From Eubacteriales bacterium (GTDB lineage: Bacteria; Bacillota; Clostridia; Oscillospirales; CAG-272): 64,000 bases of DNA. The position numbers and the translations under genes are program-made. The notes below the pieces were generated by a model. It did not search any database, was not told the DNA's origin, and saw nothing but the letters and a program-made list of their open reading frames with translations. The first letter of the stretch is position 1, and the number at the start of each line of letters is the position of its first letter. This document shows, in pieces, positions 18,088 to 28,600 of the stretch. The stretch covers positions 644-64,643 of the forward strand of contig JAZRUG010000019.1 in the NCBI GenBank assembly GCA_045652425.1. The letters run 5' to 3'.

Positions 18088-19329
18088 TTACTCCGCCATA
18101 CTCATTCCTGCAAGGTTAGCTGTCGAAAACGCTATCTGCAGATTAAATCCGCCCGTATATGCGTCAACGTCGATAACCTCACCCGCAAAATAGAGTCCTT
18201 TTATTTTCTTTGCTTCCATAGTCTTCGGATCTATCTCTTTTACGTCAATACCGCCCGAGGTTATAATCGCCTCATCTATCGGACGGAATGATTTTACCGT
18301 AAATTCAAGACATTTCAACGTTTTGAGTATGTTCTGTCTTTCGGCTTTAGTTATAACGTTAACCTTTCTGTTTGCAGGTACACCGCACAACTGTACAAAT
18401 ATCGGTATCAGCTTCTGCGGAAGAAGCGCCGACAGTGAGTTAACAAAATCCCTATTCTTGTTCTTCTCAAAATCGGATAACAGTCTGTTATCAAGAGTCT
18501 TTTCATCAAGGGCGGGTTTTAAGTCTATTCTGACTTTGTACCTATTCTCTTCCATTGGCTTTAAGTGTGCCGATGCACTTAATATAGTCGGCCCCGACAC
18601 GCCGAAATGCGTAAACAGCATTTCTCCAAAATCCGAATATATCTCTTTGTCTTTTTTACTATCGAAAACGCTTACCCTTACGTTCTTGAGCGACAAGCCC
18701 ATAAGTGATTTTACCCACTTTTCTTTCGTTTCAAGGGGAACAAGCGAAGGCTTCGGCTGAACTATGTTCAATCCCATTCTTTCGGCAAACTTAAATCCGT
18801 CGCCGTCAGAGCCTGTTTTGGGATATGATACACCGCCCGTGCATATAGCAACCTTGTCGTAATTTACGGTTCTGCCGTGTACCACAACTCCCTTTACGAT
18901 GCCCTCTTCAACTATAACGTCTTCAACCTTTTCATGTATTATCTTTACACCGTTGTTCTTACAATAGTCGCGCATCGCGTCAACTATATCAAAAGATTTG
19001 TCCGACTGCGGAAAAACTCTGTTTCCCCTTTCGGTCTTGAGCGATACCCCCATTCCCTCGAAAAAGTTCATCGTATCTTCCGAGGTGAACAGCGAATACG
19101 CGCCGTATAAAAACCTTGGGTTCGTGGGTACGTTTTCAATAAAAGTGTTTCTGTCGCAGTTGTTCGTAACGTTACATCTGCCTTTGCCCGTTATCGCTAA
19201 TTTTCGACCAACCGCGTTCATCTTTTCATAAAGGGTTACGTCGCAACCTAACTCGGCTGCCTTACTCGCGCACATCATACCCGCAGGTCCGCCGCCTATA
19301 ACGCATACCCTTACTGCATTTTTACTCAT
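18088..19329 (-). CDS. NAD(P)/FAD-dependent oxidoreductase (HI0933/YhiN family flavoprotein)
   Basis: 413 aa. Dinucleotide fold VCVIGGGPAGMMCA and the family-typical motifs GRCNVTN and GLYFAGEVIDVDAYTGGFNLQ. Confidence 0.85.
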   Translation of the reverse strand: MSKNAVRVCVIGGGPAGMMCASKAAELGCDVTLYEKMNAVGRKLAITGKGRCNVTNNCDRNTFIENVPTNPRFLYGAYSLFTSEDTMNFFEGMGVSLKTERGNRVFPQSDKSFDIVDAMRDYCKNNGVKIIHEKVEDVIVEEGIVKGVVVHGRTVNYDKVAICTGGVSYPKTGSDGDGFKFAERMGLNIVQPKPSLVPLETKEKWVKSLMGLSLKNVRVSVFDSKKDKEIYSDFGEMLFTHFGVSGPTILSASAHLKPMEENRYKVRIDLKPALDEKTLDNRLLSDFEKNKNRDFVNSLSALLPQKLIPIFVQLCGVPANRKVNVITKAERQNILKTLKCLEFTVKSFRPIDEAIITSGGIDVKEIDPKTMEAKKIKGLYFAGEVIDVDAYTGGFNLQIAFSTANLAGMSMAE

Positions 19330-20591
19330 TTTCTGCCAATGTCGTTTCTGTAATGCATCTTGTCAAATGTGATGTTCTTCAATGCTGAATATGACTTGGC
19401 AATAGCATCTTCAAGTGTCTTACCCGTAGCAGTTACACCGAGTACACGTCCGCCCGCAGTATATATTTTGCCGTTTTCTGCCTTTGTTCCTGCATGATAT
19501 ACAAATAAATCATCTGCTTTGAATACGTCACTGTCAAGGCCTGTTATTTCCTTGCCCGATTCGTATTTTACCGGATAGCCCCCCGATGCTAATACGATAC
19601 ATACAGCCGCATCGTCAGTCCATTCGATATTGATTTCGTCGAGCTTTTCGTCGATTACTGCATTTATTATATCAACAAAGTCGGTCTTGAGTCTGGGCAA
19701 AACTGCCTGGGTTTCGGGATCGCCGAAACGAGCGTTATACTCAATTACGCGGGGGCCCTTGGGTGTAAGCATAAGTCCAAAGTAAATTACGCCCTTAAAC
19801 GTTCTGCCCTCACTGTTCATTGCGTCCATTGTAGGCTTAAATATGGTCTTGTAACACTCGTCAGCTACGTCGGATGTATAGTTCTTGCTGGGAGAAAATG
19901 CGCCCATACCGCCCGTATTCAAACCTTGGTCATTGTCAAGCGCTCTCTTGTGGTCCTGCGCAGATACCATAGGTACGATAGTCTTGCCGTCGGTAAATGC
20001 AAGTACAGATACTTCGGGACCTGTCAAAAATTCTTCAATTACAACTTTGCTGCCCGATTCGCCGAACACCTTGTCGCACATTATGCTCTTTACGGCGTCT
20101 TCTGCCTCGGCATAATCCTGCGCTATAATAACGCCCTTACCGAGAGCAAGTCCGTCTGCCTTGATTACTGCAGGATATTCGTTCTGCGACTTGATATATT
20201 CAAGAGCCTTTTCTGCATTGTCAAATACTTCGTATCCTGCTGTGGGAATACCGTATTTCTTCATAAGCTCTTTTGAGAAAACTTTGCTTCCCTCGATTAT
20301 TGCCGCGCACTTGTGAGGACCGAATGCGCGGATTCCCTTGGCTTCAAGGGCGTCAACGGTTCCGAGCATCAACGGATCATCGGGAGCTACGAACACAAGG
20401 TCAATTTTATTTTCTATAGCCGCGTTAACTATACCGTCAACGTCGGTTGCCTTTACGGGTAAGCAGGTTGCAATCTCTGCTATGCCACCGTTACCGGGAG
20501 CACAGTATATTTCAGGTGCATATCTGCTTTCGGATAATTTCTTTACTATGGCGTGTTCTCTTCCGCCGCCGCCTACAACAAGTATTTTCAT
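19326..20591 (-). CDS. purD: Phosphoribosylamine-glycine ligase
   Basis: 421 aa. MKILVVGGGGREHAI N-terminus, ATP-grasp core and the C-terminal GGRVLGVTA motif. Confidence 0.95.
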   Translation of the reverse strand: MKILVVGGGGREHAIVKKLSESRYAPEIYCAPGNGGIAEIATCLPVKATDVDGIVNAAIENKIDLVFVAPDDPLMLGTVDALEAKGIRAFGPHKCAAIIEGSKVFSKELMKKYGIPTAGYEVFDNAEKALEYIKSQNEYPAVIKADGLALGKGVIIAQDYAEAEDAVKSIMCDKVFGESGSKVVIEEFLTGPEVSVLAFTDGKTIVPMVSAQDHKRALDNDQGLNTGGMGAFSPSKNYTSDVADECYKTIFKPTMDAMNSEGRTFKGVIYFGLMLTPKGPRVIEYNARFGDPETQAVLPRLKTDFVDIINAVIDEKLDEINIEWTDDAAVCIVLASGGYPVKYESGKEITGLDSDVFKADDLFVYHAGTKAENGKIYTAGGRVLGVTATGKTLEDAIAKSYSALKNITFDKMHYRNDIGRK

Positions 20592-20633
20592 ACGTTTTCT
20601 CCTAATGCTTTATATATATTTATAATTAGTTCT

Positions 20634-20662
20634 ATTTTACAACAGACAACGGAAAATGTCAA
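20634..20662 (-). promoter_or_regulatory. Sigma-A-type promoter of purD
   Basis: Reverse strand has TTGACA (20657-20662), a 17-nt spacer and TAAAAT (20634-20639). Confidence 0.45.
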
Positions 20663-20689
20663 TAAATTAGGGGGAATAATTTTGTGTGC

Positions 20690-21155
20690 TTCTCCGCTTT
20701 CTTTCGCAGAAAGCTTGGCACCTACTTTCTTTTAAGGAAAGAAAGTAGGCAAAGAAACCTCGAATATCTTGGTTTCTACCGCCATCCATTATCTGTACAA
20801 TTTATATATATTTTCTTATAAAAACAATAGATAAAAAACTTGCTTCTCTTGGTCTGTACGAACAATATTTCGTTGGTCATTCTGAGTGGAGCGCCCCAAT
20901 GGGCGCGGAACCGAAGAATCCCGTAATTGTAGCGTAGAAATAATGGGATCCTTCGACTTCGGCGTTAAAAACGCCTTCGCTCAGGATGACCGTAATATAT
21001 TGTTTGCACAAACCCATTATTAAAAGGTTCTTTGCCTACTTTCTTCCCGTAAAAGAGAGTAGTTTTTTTGAATTAGTACTATTGTTATACTGAAGCACAA
21101 ACCCATTATCAAAAGGTTCTTTGCCTACTTTCTTCCTTAAAGAAAGTAGGTTGAC
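20690..21155. repeat. Intergenic repeat cluster (H3, H1, element E copy 1 at 20875-20991, H2 x2, H1 x2)
   Basis: Module strings are shared with 34395-34620, 53800-54135 and other sites. See findings. Confidence 0.85.
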
Positions 21156-21159
21156 AAAC

Positions 21160-21187
21160 TAAAAAAAGAGTGCATTTGCACTCTTTT
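21160..21187 (-). terminator. Intrinsic terminator of mntP
   Basis: Reverse strand reads AAAAGAGTGCaaaTGCACTCTTTTTTTAG. Confidence 0.7.
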
Positions 21188-21189
21188 GG

Positions 21190-21756
21190 TTAAAGAATTC
21201 CAAGTCCTTCAAGCAAGAATTTCAGTCCCATTAATATGAGAATTATGCCGCCTGCCGCTTCTGCTTTTGACTTATATTTCGTACCAAACACGTTACCGAT
21301 TTTTACTCCAATAACGGAGAAAAGGAACGTTGTTACGCCAATTATTGCAACTGTCGAGAATATCTCAACATTCTGCATAGAAAATGCAACGCCAGCCGCC
21401 ATAGCGTCTATACTTGTCGCTATCGCCAACGGTAACATCGTCTTAAAATCTAATGCACAGTCGAGACACTCGTCGCACTCTTTCGAAAATGCTTCTTTCA
21501 GCATATTTGCGCCTATAAGCACAAGCAATATAAATGCTACCCAATGGTCAAACGCTTCGATATACTGACGGAACATACTGCCGAGAAAGAATCCTATAAG
21601 CGGCATAAGTCCCTGAAATATTCCAAAATACAAGCCTACCTTTACGGCATGATTCAACTTAAAACCCTTGCCCAACGAAAGCCCCTTGCATATCGCTACG
21701 GCAAATGCGTCCATCGATAAGCCTATCGCTGTTCCTAAAATCGCTATAATATCCAT
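21190..21756 (-). CDS. mntP: Manganese efflux pump MntP
   Basis: 188 aa with 6 TM helices. GLSMDAFAVA and SIDAMAAGV duplicated DUF204 motifs. Confidence 0.88.
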   Translation of the reverse strand: MDIIAILGTAIGLSMDAFAVAICKGLSLGKGFKLNHAVKVGLYFGIFQGLMPLIGFFLGSMFRQYIEAFDHWVAFILLVLIGANMLKEAFSKECDECLDCALDFKTMLPLAIATSIDAMAAGVAFSMQNVEIFSTVAIIGVTTFLFSVIGVKIGNVFGTKYKSKAEAAGGIILILMGLKFLLEGLGIL

Positions 21757-21759
21757 TCT

Positions 21760-22404
21760 TTACTCCTCTATTTCTCTTTTTATTTCTTTAAATGAAGTGC
21801 AGACCTTTTCGCCTGTATTTATTAACGTCTTATAATCGGTATGACCTTTTGAATATAATATGCACTTGATTCCAAGCGCATTCGCGGTATCAAGGTCGTG
21901 CAAAGTATCGCCTATTAAAACACATTTTTCGGGCTTTATTCCCTCTTCAAGCATCATTTTCTTCGCTCTGTCTATCTTGCTTCCCGCTTCAAAATCGGTC
22001 GACGCGTCTATCTTTTCAAAACAGTCGCATACACCAAGCCTTTCTGCGTGTCGCATCAGGTCGTCAATATGCGCCGCCGACAGTATGTATTGTTTTATGC
22101 CTTTATTCTTGTATTCGTTGATAAGCGCTTCAGCCCCCTCTGCAAGAGTTACTTCTGCTTCGTATTTATCGTAAAACTTGGCGTAAAGCGGCTTGATTAT
22201 ATCCATCGTTACAACGGATAAATCGAATATTCTTTCGTAAAATTTGTATATCGGGGTGTCTACGTAGGAATAGTACGTTTCAAGGTCAAGGCGTGGTTTG
22301 CCATACAAGTCAAGTATATCGTTGACCGCATACAGCGATGCCATAACGTCGTCAAGTAACGTGCCGTTCCAGTCCCATATTATGTATTCGTATTTCATTT
22401 TCAC
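21760..22404 (-). CDS. HAD family hydrolase (phosphoglycolate phosphatase-like)
   Basis: 214 aa. IIWDWNGTLLDD (DxDxT-type) motif and a GDTLHDLD motif. The track start is a GTG at 22402-22404. An ATG two codons downstream (22396-22398) with AGGTGA upstream is an alternative. Confidence 0.8.
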   Translation of the reverse strand: MKMKYEYIIWDWNGTLLDDVMASLYAVNDILDLYGKPRLDLETYYSYVDTPIYKFYERIFDLSVVTMDIIKPLYAKFYDKYEAEVTLAEGAEALINEYKNKGIKQYILSAAHIDDLMRHAERLGVCDCFEKIDASTDFEAGSKIDRAKKMMLEEGIKPEKCVLIGDTLHDLDTANALGIKCILYSKGHTDYKTLINTGEKVCTSFKEIKREIEE

Positions 22405-22479
22405 CTATATGACTTAATAATGTTTATTATCGTTTCTACGCTTTTGTCCATTTCCTCGACAACTGCATATTCAAATCTG
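22401..22479 (-). pseudogene. Orphan duplicate of the last ~26 codons of pepT
   Basis: Reverse-strand reading gives ...RFEYAVVEEMDKSVETIINIIKSYR*, against the true pepT end RFEYAVVEEMDKCVETIIRIIESYR*. The nucleotide match is about 85-90% by eye. Confidence 0.75.
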
Positions 22480-22510
22480 TTGTGTTGTTTTTTCAAAAAA
22501 ACAACACAAT
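22480..22510. other. 30-bp near-perfect palindrome between the pepT stop and the orphan pepT fragment
   Basis: TTGTGTTGTTTTTTcAAAAAAACAACACAA. There is no separate T-tract, so it may act as a weak bidirectional terminator. Confidence 0.5.
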
Positions 22511-22513
22511 TAA

Positions 22514-23722
22514 TTATCTATAGCTCTCAATTATGCGTATTATTGTCTCTACGCACTTGTCCATTTCTTCGACAACTGCATATTCAAATCTGCCGTGGTG
22601 GTTGGCAGAACCTGTTCCAAGATTTGGGCATGGTAGTCCCATTTGTGAAAGTCTTGCACCGTCGGTTCCCCCTCTTATAGGGCTTATGTCAACAGTTCCG
22701 CCTACGGCTTCTATTGCTTTTACCGCATTATCTATAAGGTGATAGTGCGGCTCTATCTTTTCAGCCATATTTTCATAGGCGTCTATAAGTTCAAGTTTTA
22801 CCGTATCTTTGCCGTATTTTTTATTCAAAAACTCGGCGATACTCTCAAAAACTGCTCTTTTTATCTTTATCTTCGTACTGTCGTGGTCGCGCAATATGTA
22901 ACGCATTTCTGCTAACTCTACGTCAGATTTTATTTCCATAAGGTGATAAAAGCCTTCGTAACCCTCGGTATATTCGGGGCGTTCATTCTTCGGCAGCATC
23001 AAGTCAAATTCCATAGCGATATTATTCGCATTTTTCATTCCGCCGTACTTTGCTTCGCCCGGATGTACGGATTTGCCGATTACCGTTACTTTAGCATTTA
23101 TTGCATTGAAATTCTCGTATTCTATCTGTCCGAAATTCGCTCCGTCTACGGTATAGGCAAAATGTGCGCCAAAACCTTTTACGTCAAAAAGGTCGGCTCC
23201 TCTGCCTATCTCTTCATCGGGAGTAAATCCAATGCACACTTCACCATGCTTTATGCTGTTATCACTCATCAGCTTTTCAACAGCCGTCATTATCTCGGCT
23301 ATTCCCGCCTTATCATCAGCACCGAGGATAGTTGTTCCGTCGGTTACAACAAGCGACTGCCCTTTGTATTCGGGCATAGGCGGCATAACGATTTTCTGCT
23401 CTTCATTCAGCACGATTTCGCCGCCGTCATAGTTTTCGATAACTCTCGGCTTAACGTTTCTGTATTCAACGTCGCTTATGGTGTCCATGTGAGCTATAAA
23501 TCCTATATTTACGCCCTTTTCGGTTATGCTGTTTGCAGGTATCTTGGCATATACGTAACCGTTTTCGTCTACTCGTGCGTTTGATACCCCGAGTTCGCGA
23601 AGTTCATTCGCCAAATATTCGGCAAACCCTCTCTGCGTTTCTGTCGATGGGCATTTTTCGTTATTTTCATCGGAACCTGTGGCAAATTCCGTATATTTTA
23701 TCAGTCTTTCGTATGCTCTCAT
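22514..23722 (-). CDS. pepT: Peptidase T (tripeptide aminopeptidase, M20B)
   Basis: Start taken at MRAYERLIKYTEF (the track extends to 23788). M20 motifs IGFIAHMDT and ILGADDKAGIAEI. Confidence 0.92.
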   Translation of the reverse strand: MRAYERLIKYTEFATGSDENNEKCPSTETQRGFAEYLANELRELGVSNARVDENGYVYAKIPANSITEKGVNIGFIAHMDTISDVEYRNVKPRVIENYDGGEIVLNEEQKIVMPPMPEYKGQSLVVTDGTTILGADDKAGIAEIMTAVEKLMSDNSIKHGEVCIGFTPDEEIGRGADLFDVKGFGAHFAYTVDGANFGQIEYENFNAINAKVTVIGKSVHPGEAKYGGMKNANNIAMEFDLMLPKNERPEYTEGYEGFYHLMEIKSDVELAEMRYILRDHDSTKIKIKRAVFESIAEFLNKKYGKDTVKLELIDAYENMAEKIEPHYHLIDNAVKAIEAVGGTVDISPIRGGTDGARLSQMGLPCPNLGTGSANHHGRFEYAVVEEMDKCVETIIRIIESYR

Positions 23723-23894
23723 TTTTTTCTCACCGTTTGTAAATTTTACGTTCTTTTTATTATAGCTTATACATACATTTGTTGTCAATATAATTTTTTT
23801 CGTTTTTTTTTTGCAAAGTTTGTAAAAAAATAGTAATTTAGTTATTGAAATAAGATTGTTAATGTGTTATAATAGCGATGTATGTGTATATAAA

Positions 23895-24065
23895 CATTTG
23901 TTTTTTCGGCGGGAGCGCGTGGGGTCCTCAAGGCAAAGAATTGAGCCTTGGGGTTCCGAGCTTGCCCCCCTACGATATAGAGATATTGTTTGTACAAATA
24001 ATGGATAGTGGCACAAACCAAGTAAGGCAAAGTTCTTTGCCTACTTTCTTTCAAGAAAGTAGGGG
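23895..24065. repeat. Intergenic repeat cluster (GC hairpin, H2-like, H1)
   Basis: Ends in GGCAAAGTTCTTTGCCTACTTTCTTTCAAGAAAGTAGG. Confidence 0.75.
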
Positions 24066-24105
24066 CATATTATTTAAGTATATTATTGAAAGGAAATATA
24101 TAAAA

Positions 24106-25206
24106 ATGGCAGATTTGAAATTCAAGTATGAAGACTTAAAAAGATTTTGTATCGACATCTTCGAAAAGTTCGGTTTCGACAGAAAGAATAGTGAAATAAT
24201 CACTGACGTTCTTCTCCTCTCCGACCTTTACGGTATCGATTCTCACGGCACACAGCGTCTTATTCGTTACTATAAGCACCTCCAGTCAGGTCTTATTTTG
24301 GCAGACGCAAAACCCGAAACAGTTTTTGAAACTCCTATTTCTGCAGTTATCGACGCTAAAGAAGGCATGGGACAAATCGTTAGTTACAACGCTATGAACC
24401 TCGCTATCGAAAAAGCGCAGAAGAACGGTATCGGTATGGTTACCGTTAAGAACTCTAACCACTACGGTATTGCAGGTTACTATGCAAAGATGGCTTGTGA
24501 TAAAGGTCTTATCGGTATTTCCGTTACTAACACAGAAGCTATTATGGTTCCTACGAACTCCCGTAAGGCTATGCTCGGTAGTAACCCTATCGCAGTTGCT
24601 ATGCCTGCTGATCCATATCCTTTCTTCTTCGATGCAGGAACAGCTGTCGTAACAAGAGGCAAACTCGAACTCTACAAGAAGCTCGACAAGGAAATGCCTG
24701 ATTGTTGGGGCCTCGATGCTGAAGGTAAGGTTAACACAAACGCACCTCACGTTCTCGACTGCATCGCAGCTCATAAGGGCGGCGGTATCCTTCCCCTCGG
24801 CGGCGCTTACGAAAAAACCGGTGGCCATAAGGGTTACGGTTACGGTATGCTCTGCGAAATATTCAGCTCTATTCTCTCTCAAGGTCTTACCTCTGATAAG
24901 ACATACACAGGCGGCAGAGCGCTTATCTGCCATGGCTTCATAGCTATCAATCCTAACCTCTTCGGCGATCCCGAAGCTATCAAGGCTCATCTCTCCGGCT
25001 TCCTTGAAGACCTTCGTAACGCTCCCAAAGCAGAGGGTTGCGACAGAATCTATACTCACGGCGAAAAAGAAATTATCGCTATGGAAGACAGACTCGCTAA
25101 CGGTATCGCTATTAACATCAACACCGTTAAGGAGATGAAGGGTTGCGCTGAAGGCTTCGGTATGGACTTCGCTGAATACTTCGGTGATATTGCAGCTGAT
25201 CTTTAA
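24106..25206 (+). CDS. Ldh_2 family oxidoreductase (malate/L-lactate/ureidoglycolate dehydrogenase type 2)
   Basis: Start at MADLKFKYEDLKRF, the in-frame ATG after the repeat cluster. GIDSHGTQRL and NHYGIAGYY family motifs. The track ORF start at 23878 runs through repeat DNA. Confidence 0.85.
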   Translation: MADLKFKYEDLKRFCIDIFEKFGFDRKNSEIITDVLLLSDLYGIDSHGTQRLIRYYKHLQSGLILADAKPETVFETPISAVIDAKEGMGQIVSYNAMNLAIEKAQKNGIGMVTVKNSNHYGIAGYYAKMACDKGLIGISVTNTEAIMVPTNSRKAMLGSNPIAVAMPADPYPFFFDAGTAVVTRGKLELYKKLDKEMPDCWGLDAEGKVNTNAPHVLDCIAAHKGGGILPLGGAYEKTGGHKGYGYGMLCEIFSSILSQGLTSDKTYTGGRALICHGFIAINPNLFGDPEAIKAHLSGFLEDLRNAPKAEGCDRIYTHGEKEIIAMEDRLANGIAININTVKEMKGCAEGFGMDFAEYFGDIAADL

Positions 25207-25230
25207 TATAACACGTTTTATACGTAAACT

Positions 25231-25264
25231 CTCCCCTCTTCGTTTTGAAGAGGGGAGCTTTTTG
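25231..25264 (+). terminator. Intrinsic terminator of the Ldh_2 gene
   Basis: CTCCCCTCTTCgttttGAAGAGGGGAG followed by CTTTTT. Confidence 0.75.
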
Positions 25265-25575
25265 TGTGCTTTTTTCCCGCTTTCTTTCGTAGAAAGCTTG
25301 GCAAAGAACTTGCCTCTCGGGTTTCTGCAAATTATTAATAGTAGTACAAACCCATTATCAAAAGTTTCTTTGCCTACTTTCTTCCCGCTTTCTTTCGCAG
25401 AAAGCTTGGCAAAGAACTTGCTTCTCGGGTTTCTGCATATTATTAATAGTAGCACAAACCCGTTATTAAAAGGTTCTTTGCCTACTTTCTTCCTTAAAGA
25501 AAGTAGGTGCCTGCTTTCTTCCTTAAAGAAAGTAGGTGCCTGCTTTTTTCCTTAAAGAAAGTAGGGCTTTCCTTG
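25265..25575. repeat. Intergenic repeat cluster (H3-H2 x2, tandem H1 x3)
   Basis: Two tandem copies of CGCTTTCTTTCG(C/T)AGAAAGCTTGGCAAAGAACTTGC...GCACAAACC...GGTTCTTTGCC, then three H1 hairpins in a row. Confidence 0.85.
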
Positions 25576-25627
25576 AAAAAAGCCTTCGGCGGTCTTATTC
25601 AACCGTCAAAGGCTTTTCTTTTTATAT

Positions 25628-28600
25628 TTATTTCGCTGTAAATTCGTAGCCGTCTACGAGGTGGATTTCCTGTCCGTCCAATCCCGATATACACGTATAG
25701 AGGTCGAACGTATATTCTTCGCCTGCCTTCAATTCAATTCCGCTTAAGTCAAGTCCTTTTAGATTGTATTCCGCCAACTGTACCGAGCCGTACGTCGAAG
25801 CAAGTAACTCTTTCTTCTCGCTTACCGGCTGTCCGTTTTGGCTAAATACTGCCCTTACGGATATCATCTGCTTGTTTGCTTTGATTACCCCTTTAAGCAC
25901 GCCGTTCTCCAAATTTCCTTCAAGCTCCACTCCCGATGCAATAGCCATCGGTGTGTCAACGTTACCGGTCATAAGTTCAGGTATCGACATCGGCAACGAG
26001 CCTTCGTTTATCAACGCTTGGAAGGTCTTTTCTACCTCGCCAAGAGATCTGTCGTTTTCGTTATATATATATACGCTTGTCCCGCCGCCCGCCTGGTGAA
26101 TAAAATGCACTTTGCTTTTTTCCAAGTCAATAATCTGTTTAACTCCCGACCAGGATATATCCAATTTTTTCTTCACTTCTACACCGGTTACAATTCGTAC
26201 GTGTCTGCCGTTACTGGTATACTTTTGGGTTTCTTCGTCAAATATCTGCGTCGAATGAGCCGTAGCATCCCCCGGTTGAAGCTTTGCATAGGCTTCTGCC
26301 ATTACCTGACTGTCTATTTGAGCAACTACTGCTTTGGTGTTATTTCTGCCACTAACAATGTATTGCTCGTCGATTTCGTAATCGCCTACCTTAACCGTTC
26401 CATAATCCAAAGTAAGCATATTGTCTATTGATGTTAATTTTTTTGTACTTTCGCGGTTATTCAAAACGCTGTTCCAAGCAAATATCAATCCCGCCCAACA
26501 GTCATTTCCGGGGAAGTTCTTTGCATTCTCAAGTCCTGCCGCCTTTTGCTCGGGAGTCAAGTTATCAAAATCAACTATGCCGTTTTCCTCGTTAAACGTC
26601 AAATTAGGATTATCCAACGGTATGATAGGCGTTTTGTCTATCATATCAAGATAGCTCTCATATTGAGTCAACGTCTTGTTTACGTAAGGAATACCGTGAT
26701 ATACCTTACCAGCATAGAACACGCCATACATTCTGGTCGAGCCTGTACTTACCGAATAGTCGTTGTAGGTTCCCTCGTTGTAGATTATAAACGTCTCTTT
26801 GGGTGTCCACTCAATGTCACTCATCTTGTACATATAGTCAACAACCTTTTGTCTTGCCGCTGCCGAACCCTCGGGGTTATAGAGATACGTCGGATCATAG
26901 TTGTTGTGTACGTCAATAACATTCTCCTGCAGCCACTCTTTTGTAGCGGAATCTTCCATATCGCCCGCAATCGCTTGTTTCGCTACGTCATAGAAGCTTC
27001 TTTGGATTACATCGGAATATCTGTAGTATTCTTCTCCGGCATATTCAAACTTTACGTATGCCCTTAAACTGTAATCTCTGTCGTAGTTATTCTCTCTGAC
27101 AACATCGTCCCCAAACACAAGAGCTCCGAAAAGGTTGTGTAATGAATCTTGCGACCGTATACTTAATTTGGCATCGTACATTCCGTAGGTGTTCGAATGG
27201 TCAAACAGTTCTTGAGTCGTAAGCATATCGGAAGGAAGAGCTAAAATGCCGCTTTCCTTTATCGTTATATCGGGATAGTCCCCTTTCTTGTATCCGCCCC
27301 AACCGTACATCTGCTGCTTTTCTGTGTTTATTCTTATCTGAACACCATTGATAACAACATCAGGAACTGCTACTACGTCTATTTCTGCTTCGTGATACTT
27401 CCAAGTGCCAAAATAATATTCAGCAATAGCCTTACCCGCCTTTGACGTATCGCACTTAACAGTAAATGCGGATTGGTTCTTGTCGCATTCCATAGTTGGC
27501 AAATACGTCGCTCCCTGCGTAACAGGGTTCTTGTATTCTACTTTAACCGAAGCTCCAACTGACGAAGGAACGTCTCCGACAAAAGCAAATTTATCATTAG
27601 GCACTGACAATACTTCTCTGTTTTCGGTCATCCAATCATTAGGATATATAACGTTTGCATTCGCGGGAAGATTGGTTACAATACTGTTTAAAGCACTGTC
27701 CGAAACATTCAACGCGGCGCTAAGGTCAACGTTGATTATCGTAGGTTCAACACCCGTAACAACTTGGTTATAGGTGTTTCTGCTTAATATCTTAACTCCC
27801 GAGCTTAACGTTCCACCAGTAATTTTTATGTTTACTATGCTCGATTCCGTTTTGAAACCACCGTTACCGGTAGCCGCTATCAAACCGGTTAGTTTACCGC
27901 CCGTTACGGTTATGTTAACGTTTCCTGCGTGAAGGGAGTACGGAACTGTATTGTGCGAGTTTCCGTATATACTACTAACCGTTCCGCCCTCGAGTTTAAG
28001 ATTAACGTCGCAGTTAGATACCTTCTCACTGCCGGGGTTAGTCCAAGTTGTACCTACAAACTTGTAAAACGTACCGCTTTTTATCGTTACGTCAATGTCT
28101 TTGTTGATAGCGCTGTATCTCTCTCCGCCTGCAATGGACAAGAAATATGCGTTGCTTGTCGTGTTCGTTTTCGTACACACCAAGCCTTCGCCGAACACCG
28201 TCTTGTTTCCGTTACAACAGATTGCCCTGTCAGCGGCAAGATTTGCATGTAAATTCAAATTCTCCCATACGGTAGGTCCGTTTAATATGGTATAGAAATA
28301 TCCCGACAAAGTAAGTTTCGCGCCGTAATCAACACCGTTATATTTACTTGTAATGGTTACGGGCTTCTTCGTTTCGGGGAGATGATACTCCAAAACAGAC
28401 CAATAGTTAGATTGACGAGCTTCGCTGTCGTCAATGGTATAATCTCCGCATATTACAACAGTTCCGCCGGTTTCAGCTAATTTTTCAACTGCCTGATATA
28501 ATGCGGTATTCTTGTAATTAGCATAAATCGTTACCGTTTTTTTAGTTCCGTCGGATTGAGTTTGGTCAAGCGTACTCGGCTCTAACTCCTCTTCCGGCAG

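Noticed and set aside
20592-20690. A purine riboswitch upstream of purD
   Set aside because: No guanine or adenine aptamer cores were recognisable. Only a plausible sigma-A promoter and a short leader are present.
21757-22404. An expected yybP-ykoY Mn riboswitch upstream of mntP
   Set aside because: mntP starts 3 nt after the stop of the upstream HAD gene, which leaves no leader region. No riboswitch-like sequence is present.
24286-25455. 389-aa ORF on the minus strand
   Set aside because: It lies entirely antisense to the well-supported Ldh_2 gene and then runs into repeat DNA. The composition is low-complexity and Cys/Val/Ser-rich. It has no SD and no family resemblance, so it is a typical shadow ORF.
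25479-25565. Tandem H1 hairpin arrays (also 36008-36110 and 54049-54127) considered as a possible CRISPR array
   Set aside because: The units are about 27-30 bp and directly abut or are separated by a constant 5-8-nt linker. There are no unique spacers, no leader and no cas genes in the window.
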